Of a stretch of DNA of 64,000 nucleotides, positions 38,780 to 50,600 are shown piece after piece; within the stretch, counting starts at the first letter, position 1; every line of letters starts with the position of its first letter. The translations under genes and the position numbers were made by a program. The notes beneath the pieces are model-generated. The model was not told the DNA's origin. It did not search any database and was given only the letters and a program-made list of their open reading frames with translations. The DNA comes from Tubulanus polymorphus (lineage: Eukaryota > Animalia > Nemertea), in NCBI RefSeq assembly GCF_964204645.1, contig NC_134031.1, positions 1,178,001 to 1,242,000 on the forward strand, in the 5' to 3' direction.

Positions 38780-40971
38780 TCTACCCGAAATGATGATTTT
38801 TGCTACTTAAACAGATCAGAACTGACCCGAATCGGAATATCGAGATTTAAGGTCTGTCTGCAGAGTTTCCAGATCCTGCCATCTAAGTGCCCAAGACCTG
38901 ACATGACAGGTGGGACCTCAGTGAAAGGTCGATTCGCTAAAATGAAAATCGTTATGGCTGAACCGATGATAGGCGATTAGAAAACATGATAGGCGCGAAT
39001 TTAGAACATTATTCAATTCAAATACACACGATAGTCGATGAGAACACAAAGAACACATCCAATTATATATTATTTAAAAACAAAGGTGACGGGTCGATTC
39101 GCTAAAAGGAAAATCGAGTGAAGTCAATGTGTGTAGTCAATCAGCAGAACATGGCGTCACAAGCCCCGAGTAAAATACAGACTATATATACTACGAGCGG
39201 AACGAAGACATATGTTTGCGTCGATCGAACCACGATACGATGTGTAAAACCGGAATGAAATAATATTATTCTAGTATTCCAATGGGAAATAGAATCATAT
39301 TCTATCCAAACGTATTGTCTAAATATATCGGCAGTATCGGTACTTTCACAGTAAATTTACAGATGCATGTTCAAATTAGTAACGACCAGGATAAGGAGGT
39401 CATCGGCTAAATTTACCGAAAGCATAATGAAAATAAAAACGATGATTTATAAGAAAAACAATCTCATATAATTAATCATTTAATGTTAACACAAAAGAAG
39501 GAAAACAAACTTTCGGTCCAAAAAGTGCTATCACGGGATGTGCTCCTTTAAAGGCAAAGTTTACTACAGGTCTCTGCTTCTGCATATAAAAATCAAACCG
39601 ATCATCAGAGGACATATCAAATTAGCCCACGCTTTTAGACCGGTGGCAATACGGCTAATACGGTCTGGATCCACCCATGATGGCTATGAGTGACAATCAA
39701 AAAGATTGCTAATGAAGCTGATTACCTCGTAAAAGTTTTCGGCCACTCGCCTAACCGGTCAACAAGTGAGTCCGGTTTAAAGTGACAAGCTGTATTATTG
39801 CGATATAATCGCATTATCATGTTTTCCGGATATCCCCGTCTCCGCACAATGTTGGTGCCGGGAATATTGGATAGAAAAACGAGGTGGATTGCAAGATAAT
39901 AAAAAACCACTGACTGGTGGACTAAAAAAGTTCAGCGTAGCTAATTAACTAAACAAATAAAGAATTTCAAACAATATTTATTCTCAGACAACAATTATAC
40001 AAAATGCCAGGTTTGTGCTCGAGGAATTATAACGTAAGTTCCTCAAACACGTGGACTGTATTTCAAAAACAGTCCAACCATGGACGTATAAACTATAAAC
40101 TAGTGTTTATACATCCATGGTCCAACCATAGACTCTAAAACAGAAACGTATATGGGCCACAACCGTGGACTCTTAAACTGTTGGAGTCCATGGCTCCCCG
40201 CACAAAAACCAGAGATAAACCTGGCCAAATACTCTGGAAAGCGTATTCGAGAAATTATCATGTAAGTTCTTTGTTAACAAATGGGCTGTATTCGAAAAAC
40301 AGTTCCACATAAAAGCATTTAAACTAGAGATAAAACCTACAGATTCACTGTGGAAAGCTTGAGATTAACTAATCAATCTTTATTTTCCTTTTCATTAACA
40401 TTATTTAACAAGATAACTAGAGTTTTTCCAACTTTGCCTGAGATTTTCAAACATTATCAAAGGTTTCAAACATTATTACGTTTAATGCATTTATATTTAG
40501 TATCATCGTATAGATATTGTTCAACTATCCATATGAATATAGCTAGGTAAATTACAAATAACTGATCACTGAGATATCTACAATTATCTACAACTTTTTC
40601 GAGATATGAAATGCTTCTTGTGCAGATTTGAATCAGGCTCCATATTCATATACGCTAATGATTATGTGAGTGATTACTATCTGCTATTATTCCTATCGAC
40701 TTATATAATTGTTTTATCTATTCTCATAATTTGCATGCGACTGAAAGCTAGAGTATTAACTATCAGAGAACTTAATTTGGACAGGAACTTTTTTCTAATT
40801 CCTAACTTTATTTTGTATGAAATAGTGTTATATGCGGCTGTTATAAATGTTCTCGAAGCAATAAATATATGAATATTCGATCTCAAAAGATCTCATATTA
40901 TATTTCTTTGAGGCTCAATCTATCGAGTAAGTTTTTATTACGAGTTGACAATCAGGCATGTCAATCAAACG

Positions 40972-41307
40972 TAGACTGGTTCCCTGTACTCGTCCGGTAA
41001 CCAGTCAAAATCAACGCAACAAAGTGGCAGCACCATACGTTTACCTAGCGGAGTTTCTGTGAACTAATGTAATACTGCGGGAAGGTGATATGAAATGTTT
41101 ATTTAGAGCGCTGTCTGTTCTTTAATAGTTTTAAAGGTGAAAATGGTGCGTTATTCGATTATTTTAAAGTGTTTTATTAATCAATCGTGACTCCAAGGTA
41201 TTACATTAGTTCACAGAAATTCCGCTAGGTAACCGTACGGTGCTGCCACCATAGACTGGTTACCGGTCTCTATCTTCCCATGTTGAATGGGACAGGCAAC
41301 CAGTCTA
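40972..41307. mobile_element. 336-bp foldback MITE (copies 43910-44245, 47388-47723, 50870-51205)
   Basis: TAGACTGGTT ... AACCAGTCTA ends and a long subterminal inverted repeat GTGGCAGCACCATACG..CCTAGCGGAGTTTCTGTGAACTAATGTAATAC. Confidence 0.8.
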
Positions 41308-41621
41308 TACCGCGGCAATCTCGATGCCTTCAGGTTCGAATCCCTCCCTGGGGGAGGATGGGCAAAAATCCTCTACCTTTCAACTTCAAGTGAAGAGCTC
41401 GTGGTGATTTCAGCGTCTAAATCTAACAAACGATACATCAATGAAGCACAACATCTTATATTTTGTTCATAACCAGATTAATCAAATGAATGTATTCTGA
41501 GCTTAGGAGAGCAAAATTTGCAGGTCAGGGGCGACTGGTAGGGTCGGGCTATGGGGTAATTTACTGGTAGGGTCGGGCTATGGGGTGATTAACTGGAAGG
41601 TCGGGATCATTGGGGATTTAC

Positions 41622-42716
41622 TGCTGAATAGAGGATGTACAGGGGTGTCCCAGGTTTGAAACCTAGTAATTACTGCCGACACTGATTCAGAGTGGTCCTG
41701 ATGCTGAATAGAGGATGTACAGGGTTGTCCCGGGTTTGAACCCAGTAATTACTGATACTGATTCAGAGTGGTCCAGATGCTGAATAGAGGATGTACAGGG
41801 TTGTCCCGGGTTTGAACCCAGTAATTACTGATACTGATTCAGAGTGGTCCAGATGCTGAATAGAGGATGTACAGGGGTGTCCCGGGTTTGAAACCCAGTT
41901 ATTACTGACACTGATTCAGAGTGGTCCTGATGCTGAATAGAGGATGTACAGGGTTGTCCCGGGTTCGAACCCAGTAATTCCTGATACTGATTCAGAGTGC
42001 TCCAGATGCTGAATAGAGGATGTACAGGGGTGTCCCGGGTTTGAAACCCAGTTATTACTGACACTGATTCAGAGTGGTCCTGATGCTGAATAGAGGATGT
42101 ACAGGGTTGTCCCGGGTTCGAACCCAGTAATTCCTGATACTGATTCAGAGTGCTCCAGATGCTGAATAGAGGATGTACAGGGATGTCCCGGGTTTGAAAC
42201 CCAGTAATTACTGACACTGATTAAGAGTGGTCCTGATACTGAATAGAAGATGTACAGGGGTGTCCCGGGTTTGAAACCTTGTAATTACTGCCGGCACTGA
42301 TTCAGAGTGGTCCTGATGCTGAATAGAGGATGTACAGGGTTGTCCCGGGTTCGAACCCAGTAATTACTGATACTGATTCAGAGTGGTCCAGATGCTGAAT
42401 AGAGGATGTACAGGGGTGTCCCGGGTTTGAAACCCAGTTATTACTGACACTGATTCAGAGTGGTCCTGATGCTGAATAGAGGATGTACAGGGTTGTCCCG
42501 GGTTCGAACCCAGTAATTCCTGATACTGATTCAGAGTGCTCCAGATGCTGAATAGAGGATGTACAGGGGTGTCCCGGGTTTGAAACCCAGTAATTACTGA
42601 CACTGATCCAGAGTGGTCCTGATGCTGAATAGAGGATGTACAGGGGTGTCCCGGGTTCGAACCCAGTAATTACTGATAATGATTCAGAGTGGTCCAGATG
42701 CTGAATAAAGGATGTA
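41622..42716. repeat. 76/77-nt satellite (~14 copies; shorter runs in later units)
   Basis: GCTGAATAGAGGATGTACAGGGTTGTCCCGGGTTCGAACCCAGTAATTACTGATACTGATTCAGAGTGGTCCAGAT. Confidence 0.95.
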
Positions 42717-42728
42717 CCGTGGATTAGC

Positions 42729-42812
42729 GGATTTTTCATACACTAATGTGAATTGTCTCTGGCAACCAAGAGTCTACTGCCAGAGTCAATTCGTGTTAGT
42801 TTATGCAAATCC
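42729..42812 (+). ncRNA. pri-miRNA-like hairpin (copies at 45108-45191, 48589-48672, 51918-52001)
   Basis: ~35-bp stem with 13-nt loop; three G-U wobbles only on the + strand. Confidence 0.4.
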
Positions 42813-44469
42813 AAGCATAGTGAATCTTAAGAATCGGCAGAACATAGCATCACAACCACTGACTGGTGAACAAATTAAGTTCAGAGTAGCTAATTAACTA
42901 AACAAACAAAGAGTTTCTAATAATTATGTTTACTCTCATACAACAATTATACGAAATGCCAGGTGTGCTCGAGGAATTATAACTTAAGTTCCTCAAACAC
43001 GTGGACTGTATTTCAAAAACAGTCTCAATAATAAAAGTGTTCAAGAAAATCTCAACATCATCGTCGTCGACATGAACAGTTTATTCAGAACTGATTCTTC
43101 CAAAGAAACTCGGGACCAGAAACTGAAATGTATAGATACTAGACAGGACTCTATCGATAAATCTGAAATAAGCGAGTTTTCTTCAAGCGATTCTGTGATT
43201 ATTTCATGTTTGGGGTAAAGCTATAATTAGCCTCCGGTGATTATGTTAATGTGCTATTTTTCGTATATTCATTGTATTCGGTTTTATTTTTGTCTGCATG
43301 CGTTCTGTGGAAGTAGTCGGTGATCTACACAGTCGGCAGCCAGCGCTCAGGCAGGCGCCTAGTGTAGATAATAGTATTCTAATATTTTGTCAATGTATTT
43401 TTATAGAATTCAGAGTTATGGGTCCACTATGGAGTAAACCTTAATTGATTATGGATGAATCATTAAAATGAGTCTTCGTTAGATTAAGCCTATAATAATC
43501 AATTGGTTTGAACACTTCAGATGGTTCAATTGTATTATTTTATACAATTTGATAATTTTCCAGTATTTTGTTTCATATTTGTATGATTACGATTATGATT
43601 ATGTGGGTGATTACTATCTGCTATTATTCCTATTGACTTATATAATTTTTTTATCTATTCTCATAATTTGCATGCGACTGAAAGCTAGAGTATTAACTAT
43701 CAGAGAACTTTATTTGGACAGGAACTTTTTTCTAATTCCTAACTTTATTTTGTATGAAATAATATTATATGTGGCTGTTCTAAATGTTTGTCGAAGCAAT
43801 AAATATATGAATATTCGATCTCAAATGATCTCATATTATATTTCTTTGAGGCTCAATCTATCGAGTAAGTTTTTATAACGAGTTGACAATCAGGCATGTC
43901 AATCAAACGTAGACTGGTTCCCTGTACTCGTCCGGTAACCAGTCAAAATCAACGCAACAAAGTGGCAGCACCATACGTTCACCTAGCGGAGTTTCTGTGA
44001 ACTAATGTAATACTGCGGAAAGGTGATATGAAATGTTTATTTAGAGCGCTGTCTATTCTTTAATAGTTCTAAAGGTGGAAATGGTGCGTTATTCGATTAT
44101 TTTAAAGTGTTTTATTAATCAATCGTGACTCCAAGGTATTACATTAGTTCACAGAAATTCCGCTAGGTGACCGTACGGTGCTGCCACTATAGACTGGTTA
44201 CCGGTCTCTATCTTCCCATATTGAATGGGACAGGCAACCAGTCTATACCGCGGCAATCTCGATGCCATCAGGCTCGAATCCCTCCCTGGGGAGGATGGGC
44301 AAAAATCCTCTACCTTCAAGTGAAGAGCTCGTGGTGATTTCAGCGTCTAAATCCAACAAAAGATACATCATCAATGAAGCACAACATCTTATATTTTGTT
44401 CATAACCGGATTCATCAAATGAACGTATTCCGAGCTTAGGAGAGCAAAATTTGCAGCAGGTCAGGGGTG

Positions 44470-44690
44470 ACTGGCAGGGTCGGGCTATGGGTAATTTACT
44501 GGTAGGGTCGGGCTATGGGGTGATTTACTGGAAGGTCGGGCTATGGGGTGATTTACTGGTAGGGTCGGGCTATGGGGTGATTTACTGGAAGGTCGGGCTA
44601 TGGGGTGATTTACTGGTAGGGTCGGGCTATGGGTGATTTACTGGTAGGGTCGGGCTATGGGGTGATTAACTGGAAGGTCGGGATCATTGG
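44470..44690. repeat. ~29-nt G-rich minisatellite
   Basis: (GGTAGGGTCGGGCTATGGGGTGATTTACT)n. Confidence 0.9.
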
Positions 44691-47600
44691 TGATTTACTG
44701 CTGAATAGAGGATGTACAGGGGTGTCCCGGGTTTGAAACCTAGTAATTACTGACACTGATTCAGAGTGGTCCTGATGCTGAATAGAGGATGTACAGGGTT
44801 GTCCCGGGTTTTTTGCAGGTCAGGGGCGACTGGCAGGGTCGGGCTATGATGGGTAATTTACTGGTAGGGTCGGGCTATGGGGTGATTAACTGGAAGGTCG
44901 GGATCATGGGTGATTTACTGCTGAATAGAGGATGTACACTAGGGGTGTTCCGGGTTTGAAACCCAGTAATTACTGACACTGATTCAGAGTGGTCCAGATG
45001 CTGAATAAAGGATGTACAGGGGTGTCCCGGGTTCGAACCCAGTAATTACTGATACTGATTCTTCAGAGTGGTCCAGATGCTGAATAAAGGATGTACCGTG
45101 GATTAGCGGATTTTTCATACACTAATGTGAATTGTCTCTGGCAACCAAGAGTCTACTGCCAGAGTCAATTCGTGTTAGTTAATGCAAATCCAAGCATAGT
45201 GAATCTTAAGAATCGGCAGAACATAGCATCACAACCACTGACTGGTGAACAAATTAAGTTCAGAGTAGCTAATTAACTAAACAAACAAAGAGTTTCTAAC
45301 AATTATGTTTACTCTCATACAACAATTATACGAAATGCCAGGTGTGCTCGAGGAATTATAACTTAAGTTCCTCAAACACGTGGACTGTATTTCAAAAACA
45401 GTCTCAATAATAAAAGTGTTCAAGAAAATCTCAACATCATCGTCGTCGACATGAACAGTTTATTCAGAGCTGATTCTTCCAAAGAAACTCGGGACCAGAA
45501 ACTGAAATGTATAGATACTAGACAGGACTCTATCGATAAATCTGAAATAAGCGAGTTTTCTTCAAGCGATTCTGTGATTATTTCATGTTTGGGGTAAAGC
45601 TATAATTAGCCTCCGGTGATTATGTTAATGTGCTATTTTTCGTATATTCATTGTATTCGGTTTTATTTTTGTCTGCATGCGTTCTGTGGAAGTAGTCGGT
45701 GATCTACACAGTCGGCAGCCAGCGCTCAGGCAGGCGCCTAGTGTAGATAATAGTATTCTAATATTTTGTCAATGTATTTTTATAGAATTCAGAGTTATGG
45801 GTCCACTATGGAGTAAACCTTAATTGATTATGGATGAATCATTAAAATGAGTCTTCGTTAGATTAAGCCTATAATAATCAATTGGTTTGAACACTTCAGA
45901 TGGTTCAATTGTATTATTTTATACAATTTGATAATTTTCCAGTATTTTTTTTTTAACGCCTTATAAAACGTTACCATTATGAAACCTAAACAATGTTAAC
46001 CATTCAGCGTCATTTTACAAACGACAACCGTAAATCGATGTGCAAAACGTCACAGGTTTATGTGTACACATACAAGCTATTTGGCAAAATATTATTCATA
46101 AAGATGTAGAATGGCTCCCTGTGATTATATAATGACCTCTATTTGAACGTCGAAATGTTATATTGCATTGAATATCATGATAAGAGGTATTGTAATAGTA
46201 AAGGATGTATGATTATATCAGGAGCGGCAGGCATAAATAGAAATGATAAGTAAATCGGATTATTCGGTTAAATGGCGGATGTATACACGATTTGGAAGTC
46301 TGATATAAAAGTCAGACCCTGACATGGGGATGCTAGTGGAATGACGAAGCTATCTACGATCTGAGTAGGGCCGGCGGCTACAAGCGGTCTATATAAAAAC
46401 ATGTAAACAAAAAATTTCAATATTCAAATGTTTTAGAAAATATGTTCGATATTAGGGGTATGCAGGTTTCATGAGATTAGCAATCTATAATAGCATAGCC
46501 GTCATATACGGCTCCGCGTCCACTGATGGCATAATACTTTATTGATCCTTATTACATTGAAATTCCGGGATAAAATTCCCTAATTCAATAAAGTTACAAA
46601 TTTTAGAATAAGAAAATACAAAATACAAGACACATGGGTAATTCATACAGAATAACATGAATAAGTTATTTAAATGACGATGTCTACTTCAACCCAGACT
46701 CAAGTCTAGGATATCGAGTGACAGCCAAACCGGGCCCTGGGACCGGGCCGGCTGGCTACTCGAAGTCATGATGAAGCAGACATCAGAAGAGCTCTTTCTT
46801 CAACCATGGAGGCAATGAAGTTGCAGACCAGCTTTGAGAAAAAGTGAATCGAAGTCGGTCACAAGTTGACAATTTTTTTTAAATTAGACCAGTCGAAGAC
46901 TGTATTCTCTACCCAATCGCCAAATCTCATAATTCCCCAAATTTCTTAAAACTTCGATTTCAAATTTGCAATTCCACATTAGCTTATCCCAGAAATTCTA
47001 CATTTTTTCGCAGGCGTCAAATAATTTATTATAGTTAATTTTCTTGTTTCATATTTGTATGATTATGATTATGATTATGTGGGTGATTACTATCTGCTAT
47101 TATTCCTATTGACTTATATAATTTTTTTATCTATTCTCATAATTTGCATGCGACTGAAAGCTAGAGTATTAACTATCAGAGAACTTTATTTGGACAGGAA
47201 CTTTTTTCTAATTCCTAACTTTATTTTGTATGAAAAAGTGTTATATGTGGCTGTTCTAAATGTTCTCGAAGCAATAAATATATGAATATTCGATCACAAA
47301 AGTGTTTCATATTATATTTCATTGAGGCTCAATCTATCGAGTATGTTTTTATTACGAGTTGACAATCTGTCATATGTCAATCAAACGTAGACTGGTTCCC
47401 TGTACTCGTCCGGTAACCAGTCAAAATCAACGCAACAAAGTGGCAGCACCATACGTTCACCTAGCGGAGTTTCTGTGAACTAATGTAATAATGCGGAAAG
47501 ATGATATGAAATGTTTATTTAGAGCGCTGTCTGTTCATTAATAGTTTTAAAGGTGGAAATGGTGCGTTATTCGATTATTTTAAAGTGTTTTATTAATCAA

Positions 47601-50600
47601 TCGTGACTCCAAGGTATTACATTAGTTCACAGAAATTCCGCTAGGTGACCGTACGGTGCTGCCACCATAGACTGGTTACCGGTCTCTATCTTCCCATATT
47701 GAATGGGACAGGCAACCAGTCTATACTGTGGCAATCTCGATGCCATCAGGCTCGAATCCCTCCCTGGGGGAGGATGGGCAAAAATCCTCTACCTTCAAGT
47801 GAAGAGCTCGTGGTGATTTCAGCGGCTAAATCTAACAAACGATACATCAATGAAGCACAACATCTTATATTTTGTTCATAACCAGATTCATCAAATGAAT
47901 GTATTCTGAGCTTAGGAGAGCAAAATTTGCAGCAGGTCAGGGGCGACTGGCAGGGTCGGGCTATGGGTAATTTACTGGAAGGTCGGGCTTATGGGGTGAT
48001 TATCTGGAAGGTCGGGATCATTGGTGATTTACTGCTGAATAGAGGATGTACAGGGGTGTCCCGGGTTTGAAACCTAGTAATTACTGACACTGATTCAGAG
48101 TGGTCCTGATGCTGAATAGAGGATGTACAGGGTTGTCCCGGGTCTTTTGCAGGTCAGGGGCGACTGGCAGGGTCGGGCTATGGGTAATTTACTGGTAGGG
48201 TCGGGCTATGGGGTGATTAACTGGAAGGTCGGGATCATGGGTGATTTACTGCTGAATAGAGGATGTACACTAGGGGTGTCCCGGGTTTGAAACCCAGTAA
48301 TTACTGACACTGATTCAGAGTGGTCCTGATGCTGAATAGAGGATGTACAGGGTTGTCCCGGGTTCGAACCCAGTAATTCCTGATACTGATTCAGAGTGCT
48401 CCAGATGCTGAATAGAGGATGTACAGGGGTGTCCCGGGTTTGAAACCCAGTAATTACTGACACTGATCCAGAGTGGTCCTGATGCTGAATAGAGGATGTA
48501 CAGGGGTGTCCCGGGTTCGAACCCAGTAATTACTGATAATGATTCAGAGTGGTCCAGATGCTGAATAAAGGATGTACCGTGGATTAGCGGATTTTTCATA
48601 CACTAATGTGAATTGTCTCTGGCAACCAAGAGTCTACTGCCAGAGTCAGTTCGTGTTAGTTAATGCAAATCCAAGCATAGTGAATCTTAAGAATCGGCAG
48701 AACATAGCATCACAACCACTGACTGGTGAACAAATTAAGTTCAGAGTAGCTAATTAACTAAACAAACAAAGAGTTTCTAACAATTATGTTTACTCTCATA
48801 CAACAATTATACGAAATGCCAGGTGTGCTCGAGGAATTATAACTTAAGTTCCTCAAACACGTGGACTGTATTTCAAAAACAGTCTCAATAATAAAAGTGT
48901 TCAAGAAAATCTCAACATCATCGTCGTCGACATGAACAGTTTATTCAGAGCTGATTCTTCCAAAGAAACTCGGGACCAGAAACTGAAATGTATAGATACT
49001 AGACAGGACTCTATCGATAAATCTGAAATAAGCGAGTTTTCTTCAAGCGATTCTGTGATTATTTCATGTTTGGGGTAAAGCTATAATTAGCCTCCGGTGA
49101 TTATGTTAATGTGCTATTTTTCGTATATTCATTGTATTCGGTTTTATTTTTGTCTGCATGCGTTCTGTGGAAGTAGTCGGTGATCTACACAGTCGACAGC
49201 CAGCGCTCAGGCAGGCGCCTAGTGTAGATAATAGTATTCTAATATTTTGTCAATGTATTTTTATAGAATTCAGAGTTATGGGTCCACTATGGAGTAAACC
49301 TTAATTGATTATGGATGAATCATTAAAATGAGTCTTCGTTAGATTAAGCCTATAATAATCAATTGGTTTGAACACTTCAGATGGTTCAATTGTATTATTT
49401 TATACAATTTGATAATTTTCCAGTATTTTTTTTTTGACGCCTTATAAAACGTTACCATTATGAAACCTAAACAATGTTAACCATTCAGCGTCATTTTACA
49501 AACGACAACCGTAAATCGATGTGCAAAACGTCACAGGTTTATGTGTACACATACAAGCTATTTGGCAAAATATTATTCATAAAGATGTAGAATGGCTCCC
49601 TGTGATTATATAATGACCTCTATTTGAACGTCGAAATGTTATATTGCATTGAATATCATGATAAGAGGTATTGTAATAGTAAAGGATGTATGATTATATC
49701 AGGAGCGGCAGGCATAAATAGAAATGATAAGTAAATCGGATTATTCGGTTAAATGGCGGATGTATACACGATTTGGAAGTCTGATATAAAAGTCAGACCC
49801 TGACATGGGGATGCTAGTGGAATGACGAAGCTATCTACGATCTGAGTAGGGCCGGCGGCTACAAGCGGTCTATATAAAAACATGTAAACAAAAAATTTCA
49901 ATATTCAAATGTTTTAGAAAATATGTTCGATATTAGGGGTATGCAGGTTTCATGAGATTAGCAATCTATAATAGCATAGCTGTCATATACGGCTCCGCGT
50001 CCACTGATGGCATAATACTTTATTGATCCTTATTACATTGAAATTCCGGGATGAAATTCCCTAATTTAATAAAGTTACAAATTTTAGAATAAGAAAATAC
50101 AAAATACAAGACACATGGGTAATTCATACAGAATAACATGAATAAGTTATTTAAATGACGATGTCTACTTCAACCCAGACTCAAGTCTAGGATATCGAGT
50201 GACAGCCAAACCGGGCCTTGGGACCGGGCCGGCTGGCTACTCGAAGTCATGATGAAGCAGACATCAGAAGAGCTCTTTCTTCAACCATGGAGGCAATGAA
50301 GTTGCAGACCAGCTTTGAGAAAAAGTGAATCGAAGTCGGTCACAAGTTGACAATTTTTTTTAAATTAGACCAGTCGAAGACTGTATTCTCTACCCAATCG
50401 CCAAATCTCATAATTCCCCAAATTTCTTAAAACTTCGATTTCAAATTTGCAATTCCACATTAGCTTATCCCAGAAATTCTACATTTTTTCGCAGGCGTCA
50501 AATATTTTATTATAGTTAATTTTCTTGTTTCATATTTGTATGATTACGATTATGATTATGTGGGTGATTACTATCTGCTATTATTCCTATTGACTTATAT

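Noticed and set aside
41622-42716. Hammerhead ribozyme satellite or true tRNA gene cluster
   Set aside because: Has CTGATGC rather than the CUGANGA core; no acceptor or anticodon stems.
43325-43370. Helitron 3' end (GC hairpin plus CTAG)
   Set aside because: The hairpin abuts CTAG without the usual spacer, and no A|TC 5' end is evident.
46900-47030. LINE C-terminal remnant on the minus strand (LF..C...FW..L pattern)
   Set aside because: Too short and stop-interrupted to support without a search.
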